Part shown: positions 17,790 to 26,813 of the stretch, piece by piece | Position numbering within the stretch: position 1 is the stretch's first letter | Layout: each line of letters starts with the position of its first letter | Origin: an uncultured Gammaproteobacteria bacterium | GTDB lineage: Bacteria; Patescibacteriota; Microgenomatia; JAMCZE01 | Length of the DNA: 58,242 nucleotides | Assembly (NCBI GenBank): GCA_964431075.1 | Contig: CAYSID010000002.1 | Span: forward strand, 1 to 58,242 | Direction of reading: 5' to 3' | The notes under the pieces: model-generated | Seen by the model: the letters and a program-made list of their open reading frames with translations, nothing else | Database searches by the model: none | Told to the model about the DNA's origin: nothing | Program-made: the position numbers and the translations under genes

Positions 17790-19121
17790 TTATGAAGTTT
17801 TCGGTGAAGACAGCCGTCCGTCAATTCGCTCCATATCCCTTGGAAACATTGACGCCTCACGGATGTTTGAGAGCCCTAAAATATGCATAGTAATTCTTTC
17901 TGCTCCGAAAGCAAAACCACCAAGCGGTGGCATGCCATACTTAAAACCTTGCAAGTACAAATCTATCTTTTTTACGTCGATTCCCCATTCTTCGGCGTGA
18001 GCCACTAAAGTTTGATAGTTATTAATTCGTCGTCCTCCAGTCATCCATTCAGCTCCACGGCCAATTAAATCAAAACCCTGATTAAATTCTGGATTTTCAT
18101 CATCTGGATAAGTGTAAAAGGGTCTAGTTTTTGTTGGGTAATGTGAAATAAAAACAAGGTCGGAACCGTGGTTTTCTAGCGCCCAACGACAAATTTCTCT
18201 TTCGTCTTCTGGATCGGGATCCTTTTCCAGACGATGGTCTCGCCCCGTTCTTTCAAAAATTATTTGCTGCGCATCACGAAGTTTGACGGATGGAATTTTG
18301 TCAGCTACTTTGGGGATAGTTGCTCCGTACATTTCCAACTCCTTTGCACACTTGTTTTTCACTTCAGACAAAATGTATTTAATAACATATTCGGCCATGT
18401 CTCGAACTTCGATCCAATCTCTAATGAAACCGAATTCACAATCAAGACTGGTGGCTTCTGTTATGTGTCTCGTAGTCACACTTGGTTCTGCTCGGTAGAT
18501 TTGATTAACACTAAAAACGCGTTCGAACGAACTAACGAGTAATGATTTATACAATTGCGGGCTCTGAGAAAGAAACGCCTTATTCTCAAAATATTTAACT
18601 TCAAATACTTCTGTCCCCCCTTCGGGTATCGCGGGAATTATTCCCGGGGCCTGAAATTCCAGAAAATCTTTTTCTAAAAGAGCTCTTCTAAAAGCATCAA
18701 TAACCACTCCTTGGACTCTAAAAATGGCTTGAACTTTTGGATGTCTTAATGTTAACCCCCGAAAATCAAGGAGGGTAGGGAGTTCTAAATCCAAATCAGG
18801 TTTTCCCATATCAAAGGGATAGACCTCTGATTTGGCTAAAACCTCAATTTTTTTTGCCTCCATTTCCACCGTCCCGGTTAACAATTTTTTATTTACAAGT
18901 TTTTCTGGGCGTTTTTTGATTAATCCTTCGACGGTAATTGCGTCGCCGGTTTTTATATCGCCGGCAATATCAGAAGAAACTACAACTTGAAGCGTTGCTG
19001 TGTAATCAGAAATATCAAGAAAAACAATTTTTCCATGATCCCGTCTGACCATGACGCGACCTTTTATGAATACTTCTTCTCCTTCATTATTTATTGTATT
19101 ATTGATTAATGTTCTGTCCAT
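17790..19121 (-). CDS. aspS: aspartate--tRNA ligase, short archaeal/eukaryal-type (AspRS2-like)
   Basis: 443 aa. N-terminal OB fold and a class II core with the LSQSPQLYK motif diagnostic of AspRS, plus GGFAFGAERI (motif 3). Its leader carries an Asp-specific T-box. Confidence 0.9.
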   Translation of the reverse strand: MDRTLINNTINNEGEEVFIKGRVMVRRDHGKIVFLDISDYTATLQVVVSSDIAGDIKTGDAITVEGLIKKRPEKLVNKKLLTGTVEMEAKKIEVLAKSEVYPFDMGKPDLDLELPTLLDFRGLTLRHPKVQAIFRVQGVVIDAFRRALLEKDFLEFQAPGIIPAIPEGGTEVFEVKYFENKAFLSQSPQLYKSLLVSSFERVFSVNQIYRAEPSVTTRHITEATSLDCEFGFIRDWIEVRDMAEYVIKYILSEVKNKCAKELEMYGATIPKVADKIPSVKLRDAQQIIFERTGRDHRLEKDPDPEDEREICRWALENHGSDLVFISHYPTKTRPFYTYPDDENPEFNQGFDLIGRGAEWMTGGRRINNYQTLVAHAEEWGIDVKKIDLYLQGFKYGMPPLGGFAFGAERITMHILGLSNIREASMFPRDMERIDGRLSSPKTS

Positions 19122-19245
19122 ATATTTACTTTAACACAAAAAAACCGTCCCTGTGTATTAGGACGGAATTACCGTGGTGCCACCTAACTTGCTTCTTAAT
19201 TTCTATGGATCAGCTCCGGTTTGTCAGACCATCATTGCCTTAATC
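19122..19245 (-). promoter_or_regulatory. T-box riboswitch leader (Asp specifier GAC) with terminator/antiterminator
   Basis: Minus strand reads ...GGTCTGACAAACCGG...AAGTTAGGTGGCACCACGGTAATTCCGTCCTAATACACAGGGACGGTTTTTTT. Antiterminator: helix A1 TTAGG/CCTAA, 7-nt bulge TGGCACC (consensus UGGNACC), helix A2 ACGG/CCGT. Competing terminator: CCGTCC-N10-GGACGG + T7 (19138-19166). GAC followed by A sits at 19225-19222. Confidence 0.85.
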
Positions 19246-19453
19246 TTAATATACCCCTTGACAGATATGGTGTCAAGCCATTAAAATACGGTCATCATGT
19301 TGAGATCTTGTTATCACAACCTCTTTATTATTACCTCCGTCCGATGGACGGCGGTTTAAGGTGGGAGGTTTAACAAGAATAGATAAAAATTAAAAATTTA
19401 AAATTTAAAATTAAAAATTTACAAGAACCTCCCAAACAAAGGGAGGATTTTTT

Positions 19454-19654
19454 ATGAAAAAAAAAGAAAAACTTGATCCATACAAAATAATTAAAGACGA
19501 ACTAGGTTTTGATCGTTCAGTGGTGCAATTATGGGGAGTTGGAGCCTTATTAAAAGCGGCAATGGCAAAACGTGGGAATGAGGCAGTTACTCGTTGCGAT
19601 GCAGATTCAAGAGATGGAACGGCAATAGAGGAACTGTTGAAAGACTACTTGTGA
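19454..19654 (+). CDS. small hypothetical protein (66 aa)
   Basis: Strong RBS GGGAGGA 7 nt upstream of the ATG. No recognisable motif. Confidence 0.45.
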   Translation: MKKKEKLDPYKIIKDELGFDRSVVQLWGVGALLKAAMAKRGNEAVTRCDADSRDGTAIEELLKDYL

Positions 19655-19668
19655 GGGGGTGATTTTTT

Positions 19669-19851
19669 ATGAAAACAGTACCAGAAGGATATGATCCAAA
19701 AGAAAATTTAACGAATTTATTAACATTAGGTGAAAGTAGGACTGCAGTTGGTCCGATGATATTGTGTAGAGAACTGGCTGAAAGACTCGGAATTGAAGTG
19801 TTAGAATTGAGAAAGCCCCAAGCCGCAGTTAATTGTTGCCCTGACACATAA
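19669..19851 (+). CDS. small hypothetical protein (60 aa, C-terminal ...AAVNCCPDT)
   Basis: RBS GAGGGGGTGA with the same ATTTTTTATGAAAA context as the preceding ORF. The 3' end overlaps the convergent recJ end by 23 nt. Confidence 0.4.
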   Translation: MKTVPEGYDPKENLTNLLTLGESRTAVGPMILCRELAERLGIEVLELRKPQAAVNCCPDT

Positions 19852-21394
19852 TATCCTTAATCTTTAACTGCAAAGTGGTTTTGCTGTTGAAGGTGTTGAG
19901 GTCGAGAGAGTAGGCCAGAGAGATTTTCTGGCCTGCTTTCAGTTTTGAGGCGAAGTGGCTCATGTTGAAGCCGACCGCTTCGAAGCCGCCGGACAACGTC
20001 AGTTTAATGTGCTGGCCGATTGGTCCCATGGTGCGGACATTCAATACTTCAACATCGGAACAGAAAACTGGTTGAGGATTGCCGAGACCGTGGGGCTCTA
20101 ACTGCTGAAGATCGGTGTAAAGTTTAAGGTTTAAAAGTTCAAGAGGAATTTTGGCATCAACTTTTAAAGTCTTTTCTAACAAATCATCCGTAAGTTTTTT
20201 GCTCGCATATTTTGAAATTTGAGTTTTGAACTTGGATATTTCCGCGGTGCGAATAGTAAATCCCGCCGCGGTGGGGTGGCCTCCCGCGTTGATTAGGATT
20301 TCTTCAGTAGAACGAATGGCTTCAATAATGTTGAAACCGGCGATTGACCGGGCCGAGGCTTTACTGACTTCTTCGCCTCTGGAAATGACAATACTTGGTA
20401 AATAATGTTTTTCGGTTAGTTTGCCGGCGATTAAGCCGATAATGCCTTGATGATATGATTCATGATCAATAACAATAATTTTGGAATTTGGAATTTGGGA
20501 TTTGGAATTTTCGAGGGCGTGAGCGACCGAGTTTTCCATCATCGTTTGTCGTTCGCGATTTATGGAATTTAATTCTTGGGCATATTCAAAAGCTTTTTGG
20601 GGATCGTGAGTACACAAAAGTCGTAAAGCAGTTAAAGCCGAATCAATCCGCCCGGCGGCGTTGAGGCGGGGGCCGATCATAAAACCCAATTCATAAGTCC
20701 CGACGGTTTTTATCCCGGCCACCTCAAATAACGCTTTTAACCCCGGACGTTTCGTTTCATTTAGACTTTTTAGACCGTATTTGACTATGGCGCGGTTCGC
20801 ACCAGTTAAGGGAACCATATCACATACCGTGGCGATGGCCGCAAGTTCCAAACCCTGATTGGCAAAAAAATAGGCAATGCCGGCGGAACATAAATGAGTT
20901 GTATGAATAATGGCGTCGGCCTTGGGTAGTTTTTTTGGTTTCTCGTGATGATCAATAACGATGACTTTTATCCCTTTGGAATGGGCGTAGTCTATCGCCT
21001 CGTGAGCCACGATGCCGGAGTCGACAGTAATTATTAATTGGGCGTCAACATGGTCTATTCCCGCTTTGGACAACCCATAGCCTTCATTTTCCCGTTGGGG
21101 AATAAACGGCAAGGCATTGGCTCCCATTTTATGCAACCATTCCCAAATTATGGCTGTGGCGCAAATGCCGTCAACGTCATAGTCGCCATACACCACTATT
21201 TTCTCTCCCAGTTTTATTGACTTTTCGATAATTTTTCTGGCTTTTTCGGTTTTGAATCTAGTATCTAGAATCTTGGGGCTAGAAGGGTTGAGAAATTCAT
21301 CAACATTTTTAATTCCTCGATTTTTAAGTATTATTTTTATAATTCCTAGATTCTCTATTCTAGATTCTAGATTCTGTAAAATGCGCCACTTCAT
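19829..21394 (-). CDS. recJ: single-stranded-DNA-specific exonuclease RecJ
   Basis: DHH family motifs VVYGDYDVDGICAT, TVDSG, VIDHHE, and the DHHA1 GGHPTAAG motif. Confidence 0.93.
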   Translation of the reverse strand: MKWRILQNLESRIENLGIIKIILKNRGIKNVDEFLNPSSPKILDTRFKTEKARKIIEKSIKLGEKIVVYGDYDVDGICATAIIWEWLHKMGANALPFIPQRENEGYGLSKAGIDHVDAQLIITVDSGIVAHEAIDYAHSKGIKVIVIDHHEKPKKLPKADAIIHTTHLCSAGIAYFFANQGLELAAIATVCDMVPLTGANRAIVKYGLKSLNETKRPGLKALFEVAGIKTVGTYELGFMIGPRLNAAGRIDSALTALRLLCTHDPQKAFEYAQELNSINRERQTMMENSVAHALENSKSQIPNSKIIVIDHESYHQGIIGLIAGKLTEKHYLPSIVISRGEEVSKASARSIAGFNIIEAIRSTEEILINAGGHPTAAGFTIRTAEISKFKTQISKYASKKLTDDLLEKTLKVDAKIPLELLNLKLYTDLQQLEPHGLGNPQPVFCSDVEVLNVRTMGPIGQHIKLTLSGGFEAVGFNMSHFASKLKAGQKISLAYSLDLNTFNSKTTLQLKIKDIMCQGNN

Positions 21395-21412
21395 GTGTTA
21401 GAATCATAACAT

Positions 21413-22705
21413 ATGGATGTTATTAAAAGACTAAAGGATGCCGGGTTTGAAGGATATTTAGTTGGCGGTGCGGTTCGGGATATGTTGTTGAATCGGCCAA
21501 CAAAAGATTGGGACTACGCAACTAATGCCCCGCCAGACAAAATTCAGGAAATTTTTCCCGAGGCGAATTACGATAACGCCTTCGGGACGGTTTCAATTGT
21601 CACAGACGAAGGCTTATTTGAAATTACTCCGTTTCGCAAAGAGGGGAAATATTCTGACGGGCGGCATCCGGATACGGTGATTTGGGCGAATACTCTTGAA
21701 GAAGACCTTGCGCGGCGTGAGTTAACAATAAGCGCCATGGCGTTTGATGGGAAAACTATTATTGACCCCTATCATGGTCGGGAAGATTTAAAAAATCGAA
21801 TTGTGAGAGCAGTCGGTACACCGGATGATAGATATAAAGAAGATGCTTTAAGAATGATAAGGGCGGTTCGCATTGCAACCCAATTAGGATTGGTCATTGA
21901 GGAAAAAACTTTTGCGGCTATAAAAACTAATGCCAAACTTTTGGAAAAAATTTCCGGGGAGCGGATCCGTGACGAGTTGGAGAAAATTTTAGTTTCTGAT
22001 TTTCCAGCCGACGGCATAAGATTATTATTGAATGCCGGTTTATTACAAATAATTTTTCCGGAGTTGACCCGGGGGGCGGATATGAAACAACCCGGTCATC
22101 ACATCTATGATGTCTTGACTCACTCGATTAAATCTTTGGAGGCTTGCCAAAATAAAAACTGGATTGTTCGTCTCGCCGCGTTGCTCCACGACGTCGGCAA
22201 ACCGGCGACTTATAAATTACGCGACGGTAAACCAACTTATTATTCTCATGAAACCGTTGGAGCGGCCATCGCCCGGGATATTGCTAACAGGTTGCATTTT
22301 AAAAAAGAAGATCGGGAAAAATTGTGGACGCTGGTTCGCTGGCACATGTTTTCGGTTTCGGAATTTATAACCGATGCGGCGGTGCGTCGGTTTATCCGGC
22401 GGGTAGGGGCGGAAAACACCACCGACATGCTGGATGTGCGAACCGCCGACCGGGTGGGGAGCGGGACTCCCGCCACCTCCTGGCGCCACGAGGATTTTAA
22501 ACGTCGGATTATCAAAGTCCAACAGCACATTCCTTCCGTCAACGATCTCGCCGTTGACGGCACCGATGTCATGAAAATTCTTAGCATTCCTCCCGGACCA
22601 AAAATTGGTAAAGTATTAAAAATATTATTTGATGAAATCATGGAGGATATTAGTAAAAATAATAGGGAGTATTTATTAAAAAGGGTTTCTTCAATGTCAT
22701 CCTGA
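21413..22705 (+). CDS. cca: CCA-adding tRNA nucleotidyltransferase with C-terminal HD domain
   Basis: YLVGGAVRD head motif, DWDY, and RRELTISAMA. The HD domain carries HHIYDVLTH...LLHDVGK. Confidence 0.92.
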   Translation: MDVIKRLKDAGFEGYLVGGAVRDMLLNRPTKDWDYATNAPPDKIQEIFPEANYDNAFGTVSIVTDEGLFEITPFRKEGKYSDGRHPDTVIWANTLEEDLARRELTISAMAFDGKTIIDPYHGREDLKNRIVRAVGTPDDRYKEDALRMIRAVRIATQLGLVIEEKTFAAIKTNAKLLEKISGERIRDELEKILVSDFPADGIRLLLNAGLLQIIFPELTRGADMKQPGHHIYDVLTHSIKSLEACQNKNWIVRLAALLHDVGKPATYKLRDGKPTYYSHETVGAAIARDIANRLHFKKEDREKLWTLVRWHMFSVSEFITDAAVRRFIRRVGAENTTDMLDVRTADRVGSGTPATSWRHEDFKRRIIKVQQHIPSVNDLAVDGTDVMKILSIPPGPKIGKVLKILFDEIMEDISKNNREYLLKRVSSMSS

Positions 22706-22719
22706 ACTTGTTTCAGGAT
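22699..22719 (+). terminator. hairpin overlapping the cca stop codon (ATCCTGAA-CTTGT-TTCAGGAT)
   Basis: Perfect 8-bp stem. No strong T-run follows it, so the terminator function is uncertain. Confidence 0.35.
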
Positions 22720-22728
22720 CTATATTTG

Positions 22729-22756
22729 ACCTGTATTTACGATCGTAAATACAGGT
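22729..22756. repeat. perfect 28-nt palindrome ACCTGTATTTACGA|TCGTAAATACAGGT
   Basis: Read directly from the sequence. It lies in the convergent gap between cca and secF. Confidence 0.9.
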
Positions 22757-22814
22757 ATATAGAGCATCTCAATAATATAAATAGATTCTGGACGCGGCCA
22801 GAATGACGGAGTTA

Positions 22815-23675
22815 CTATTTTGATTTATTTTCCCAAATGACAAGTAATGGGGCGGCGTTAAAAATACTGGAATAAGTTCCGGAGAAAATACCAATAAATA
22901 AAGCGAGAGCGAAATGGCGGATGGATTCGCCGCCGAAGAGAATTATTGCCGACATGACAAATAAAGCGGTAAGCGAAGTGTTAAGGGAACGAACGAGGGT
23001 TTGAAGCAGAGAATCATTAACGACCTGTTCGAACGATACCCGACTACCTTCTTTTCGTAAATTTTCCCGGATCCGGTCGAAAACAACGATGGTGTCGTGA
23101 ACGGAAAAACCAATTACTGTCAAGACGGCGGTGATAAATAAAACATCAATCTCCACGTTGAAATAATGGCCTAAAATAGAAAATATGCCAACCAGGACCA
23201 GAACGTCGTGAAGTAGCGCCGCAACGGCCGACAGGCCGAATTTTAAAGATGAGTACGGTTTGGGAATTTCCCGGAAGGCATAAGCAATGTAAGCAATTAT
23301 AGCCAGCGACGCGATAATCACCGCCATGATGGCTTTTTGGGTCAACTCCTGGCCAATAACCGGTCCGACGGTTTCAAATTTTAATAAAGTTGTTTCTCCG
23401 TATTTATTTGTTAAATCGGCAATGATTTTGTCTTTTTGGATAGTATCCAGTTGTTTCGTTCGTATCAAATAAGAATTAGCGGAAGTTTTTTGGATTATTC
23501 CCAAATCCGTCAGGTTTTGAGTTTGAATTTTTGAGTTTTGGATTTCCAAAAGGCTTCCACCGGTAAAATCAATGGATGGCCTCAATCCATAACGAATCAG
23601 GGAATAAATCCCCGGCAAAATAATGGCCAAAGATATGGCAAAAAACAAGTATTTAAATCTCATCAGATTAATCAT
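22815..23675 (-). CDS. secF: protein translocase subunit SecF
   Basis: MINLMRFKYLFFAISLAIILPG... with a 6-TM SecF topology. The ATG at 23675 overlaps the secD stop (ATGA). The track ORF is over-extended to 23804. Confidence 0.9.
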   Translation of the reverse strand: MINLMRFKYLFFAISLAIILPGIYSLIRYGLRPSIDFTGGSLLEIQNSKIQTQNLTDLGIIQKTSANSYLIRTKQLDTIQKDKIIADLTNKYGETTLLKFETVGPVIGQELTQKAIMAVIIASLAIIAYIAYAFREIPKPYSSLKFGLSAVAALLHDVLVLVGIFSILGHYFNVEIDVLFITAVLTVIGFSVHDTIVVFDRIRENLRKEGSRVSFEQVVNDSLLQTLVRSLNTSLTALFVMSAIILFGGESIRHFALALFIGIFSGTYSSIFNAAPLLVIWENKSK

Positions 23676-24976
23676 GTTCTTGTTGTTCGCAATAACGTTC
23701 TTGTTATCGTTATTGCCGTAAATAGCGATACCACGATTCCTATTGCAAGAGTTACGGCGAAACCGCGGATAGCGCCAGTGCCGAACCAGTACAAAATGGC
23801 GCAAATAATTAAAGAATTGGCATTGGAGTCGCGAATTGAAGGAAACGCCCGGACAAAGCCCAGTTCTATCGCCTGCAATTTATTTTTTCCCCACCTTAAT
23901 TCTTCCTTCATCCGTTCAAAAATTAAAATATTGGCGTCAACCGCCATGCCGATGGACAAAATAAATCCCGTAATACCGGCCAGAGTTAAAGTAACAGGAA
24001 CGAGTTTAAAAATAGCCAGAGAAAACAGGATATAGATTATCAAGGCTATATCCGCAATCAAGCCGTAGAATCCGTAGTTCGCAATCATAAAAATTGCCAC
24101 GATCCCAAGGCCAATGGCTCCGGCGATCAAGCTTTTGTTGACCGAGTCTTGCCCCAATGTGGCCCCGACGGTCCTTTCCTCAATGACTTTGACTGGGGCG
24201 GGGAGCGCTCCCGAGTTTAGCAGAGCCGCCATTTCTTTCGTTTGATAGGCTGTAAACTGGCCAGAGATAAAAGCCTTGCCGCCGGAAATGACACTTTGAA
24301 CGTTTGGGGCCATTAGAAGTTGGTCATCAAGAAAAATTGCCACTTGCCGGTTAAGGTTTCTTTTAGTGATCTCTTCGAATTTCTTAGCCCCTTCGTTCGT
24401 AAACTCCAGATTGACGATCGGCTCCCCGGTGTTTTGATCAAATCCAGCAGTCGCCCTTGCCAAGTCCGAGCCGGAAAGATCGGTCTCCTTTTGAAAATTT
24501 TGGTATAAAATTGCCGCAATGGTCGCTGTCTGTGCCGATGGCGACCCCTCTTCCCGAAATGATAGCTTAGCCGTTTGCCCGATCAGACCCAAAGCCGCCG
24601 AGGTATCTTTTATTCCAGCCAGTTCCACAATAATCCGATAGTCGTCGCTGACTTTGGCGGTTTGGATTGTTGGTTCGGAAACACCGAAAAAATTTACCCG
24701 ACGTTCAATTATTGACCTTAAAGATTCTAAGGCACGATTGCGGTCTTCCGGCCTTATTTTTGACATATCCGCTGACATGACAATATGCGAACCGCCGGCT
24801 AAATCGAGCCCTTCTTTGATATTCAAATCCCTTTGGAAATTTAATCCGGCGATAGACAGGTTTAATTCCGGCCGGTTAAAAGTTTTGTTAAGTAAGGTAA
24901 ATTCTTTGGGGAGATCAACATAAAACGCCCCGGTTGCGAGCAAAAAAATGACTAGGAGTTTTCTGGCGTTTTGCAT
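23672..24976 (-). CDS. secD: protein translocase subunit SecD
   Basis: 434 aa. N-terminal TM, periplasmic domain, then a C-terminal 5-TM bundle (GITGFILSIGMAVDANILIFERMKEE). Confidence 0.93.
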   Translation of the reverse strand: MQNARKLLVIFLLATGAFYVDLPKEFTLLNKTFNRPELNLSIAGLNFQRDLNIKEGLDLAGGSHIVMSADMSKIRPEDRNRALESLRSIIERRVNFFGVSEPTIQTAKVSDDYRIIVELAGIKDTSAALGLIGQTAKLSFREEGSPSAQTATIAAILYQNFQKETDLSGSDLARATAGFDQNTGEPIVNLEFTNEGAKKFEEITKRNLNRQVAIFLDDQLLMAPNVQSVISGGKAFISGQFTAYQTKEMAALLNSGALPAPVKVIEERTVGATLGQDSVNKSLIAGAIGLGIVAIFMIANYGFYGLIADIALIIYILFSLAIFKLVPVTLTLAGITGFILSIGMAVDANILIFERMKEELRWGKNKLQAIELGFVRAFPSIRDSNANSLIICAILYWFGTGAIRGFAVTLAIGIVVSLFTAITITRTLLRTTRT

Positions 24977-24983
24977 ACGGAAA

Positions 24984-25559
24984 TTATTTTACAAGTTCTT
25001 CTTCATCGCCAATTATCATAATACGGGAACCCTCCAAAATCGAGAGGAGAAACGGGTCGCGGCGGGTCTTGCGGAAAACATATTCTTCCTCGGTCATAAC
25101 CGTGTAATTTATCTCCGCTCCTCTTTTGTGTTCCGTTTCCCGAACGATGGCCGCCAATTCCGGAAGAACAATAGCCCCGACGACCAACAAATCTACATGG
25201 TCTTGCCCTGAAGGTTCGCCGCGGGCAAAACGTCCGGAGAGCATGGCAAACTTTATTCGCCCAAGCTTGACCTTATTTTTTAAAACATTACCTCCGAGCC
25301 CGGTGGTTTTGGCGACAAGTTCTAACAAGTCAAAATAAAGAGGATAATCCTTACGGGAAGAATAATAAACCCTGTTGGCTCGCGGTTCCCGTTTTAGAAG
25401 ACCAATTCTTTCTAGGTGAGCAAGCTCTCTTCTTACGGCGTTTATTTCTTCATGAGTTTGTCTAACGAGATCCCGGACGTGATAAATTTGCCCGGGATTG
25501 CCGAAAAAAATTTGTAAAAGTTTAACCCGAACTTTGGAGATTATTAAATCGTTCAGCAT
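24984..25559 (-). CDS. winged-helix DNA-binding protein with C-terminal minimal nucleotidyltransferase-like domain
   Basis: N-terminus YHVRDLVRQTHEEINAVRRELAHLERIGLL (wHTH). C-terminus SGRFARGEPSGQDHVDLLVVG resembles the GS-x(n)-DxD nucleotidyltransferase fold motif. Confidence 0.65.
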   Translation of the reverse strand: MLNDLIISKVRVKLLQIFFGNPGQIYHVRDLVRQTHEEINAVRRELAHLERIGLLKREPRANRVYYSSRKDYPLYFDLLELVAKTTGLGGNVLKNKVKLGRIKFAMLSGRFARGEPSGQDHVDLLVVGAIVLPELAAIVRETEHKRGAEINYTVMTEEEYVFRKTRRDPFLLSILEGSRIMIIGDEEELVK

Positions 25560-26762
25560 TTATTGGACCGCAACCGTTTGTCCAATGGGTAAAATTTCTA
25601 TCCAGGTCTGGCCGCGGTTTAGAGCAATTTCTTTACCCGTTATATCAAAAAACCTGGTTCTGTCAAGCCGGGTCTTTTTAACCCAGGTTCCGTCAGTAAT
25701 CTTCCCATCCATCAAAACCTTAACCTTACCTTGCCCTTTCGTTCCGTAAAGAACGTGGGTACCATGGCCTTCTTCGCTGTAGCCGTCATCGGCAATCCCC
25801 ATGGTCATGAACTGTAAAATGACGTTTTTGGCTAAAATCTGTTGGTTGGTGTTCATATCAGTGAACGGTAACCCGCCGTTAAAACGAAGATATGAGTTTG
25901 ACGTCCGGTCGTATTGCCATTTAATCGTGTAATCATTGGCATAGGAAGTTTGGGCGCTGGAAAGGGCAAAATCGGCGGTAAAATTTTGAGGTCTATCGGC
26001 CGGAGCCGCGTCGTCTTTGAATTTCCAGGAGGTAAAACCGGTGTCCCATTTTATTTCTTTACCCGTCCGGTCATCACTTTCCATGTTGGTCAGTCCGCGC
26101 TTCGCGGCCTCCTTCCAAAGTTCATCGGGAACACCGTATTTGGAATGCTCAACAGCAGTGTCCGGACCAAGGCGGTCGGTGTCCAAAATGTAGGCCGGGA
26201 GTCCCAAAGAAAGATTATCAAGGTCGTTGTAGAGTTTCCAGCCGTAGCTGTCAATTTGACCGAGCGCGTTGGCCGGGCCGGGGGTGTTGGCCCCGCCGAC
26301 ATGCGCATACAGCGGCGAGGAGCCGTACTCGGAAATCCAGTCAAGGAAATAAGTCCTTGCGGATCGAACCGGGCCGACATAGTCCGTTGACTGGCAGTAA
26401 TAAACCGCTAAAAATCGGGGAATGCCGCCCTCGGCGTTAGCCTCGTAGACCACATCGGCAAAAGAAATTCCCGACTGCGGGCGGGAGATCCGGGTATTTT
26501 CGATCATAACCCCCAGCGGCCGGCGGGTTTCCCACAAATCTTTTTCCGGTTTTGTAAACATTTCCCCGCTAAGCGGGCAGGCCTCATTTCGGGGAAGCGA
26601 CGGATCCCTCTTAAATCCTTTTGATTTCGTGTCGGTATTTGTTGCTACAGGTGACTTAAAACTCTTACTAGTTTGTGCATTTGAAAAATACACAAAAGAA
26701 CCTCCTGTCGTCAGGAGGTACAAAAATGCCCCGCCCAGAACCAAAACGACTTTTTTATTCAC
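25560..26762 (-). CDS. DUF3048-family exported protein (YerB-like)
   Basis: N-terminal TM/signal. RRPLGVMIENTRISRPQSGISFADVVYEANAEGGIPRFLAVYY is the characteristic DUF3048 N-domain block. Confidence 0.75.
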   Translation of the reverse strand: MNKKVVLVLGGAFLYLLTTGGSFVYFSNAQTSKSFKSPVATNTDTKSKGFKRDPSLPRNEACPLSGEMFTKPEKDLWETRRPLGVMIENTRISRPQSGISFADVVYEANAEGGIPRFLAVYYCQSTDYVGPVRSARTYFLDWISEYGSSPLYAHVGGANTPGPANALGQIDSYGWKLYNDLDNLSLGLPAYILDTDRLGPDTAVEHSKYGVPDELWKEAAKRGLTNMESDDRTGKEIKWDTGFTSWKFKDDAAPADRPQNFTADFALSSAQTSYANDYTIKWQYDRTSNSYLRFNGGLPFTDMNTNQQILAKNVILQFMTMGIADDGYSEEGHGTHVLYGTKGQGKVKVLMDGKITDGTWVKKTRLDRTRFFDITGKEIALNRGQTWIEILPIGQTVAVQ

Positions 26763-26778
26763 CCGTCAATGATACGGG

Positions 26779-26807
26779 TTGACTAACGGCAATGTCAAGG
26801 GTAATAT
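26779..26807 (+). promoter_or_regulatory. sigma70-type promoter (TTGACT - 17 nt - TAATAT)
   Basis: -35 at 26779-26784 and -10 at 26802-26807. The predicted start falls at or near the GTG at 26814, so the mRNA may have little or no leader. Confidence 0.5.
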
Positions 26808-26813
26808 TGGCTT

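Noticed and set aside
19381-19425. Highly repetitive A/T tract (AAAATTAAAAATTTAAAATTTAAAATTAAAAATTT) that superficially looks like a repeat array.
   Set aside because: It is a low-complexity 7-nt-period A/T sequence in a divergent promoter region with no spacers, so it is not CRISPR-like. It probably just provides an easily melted or curved UP-element-like region.
20480-20520. Short tandem repeats inside recJ: GGAATTT/GGGATTT at about 20490-20515, and TCTAGATTC repeats at about 21340-21380.
   Set aside because: They are in frame within an otherwise intact recJ reading frame, and the second lies in its N-terminal codons. There is no evidence of slippage or of a regulatory role, so they are regarded as coding-sequence coincidence.
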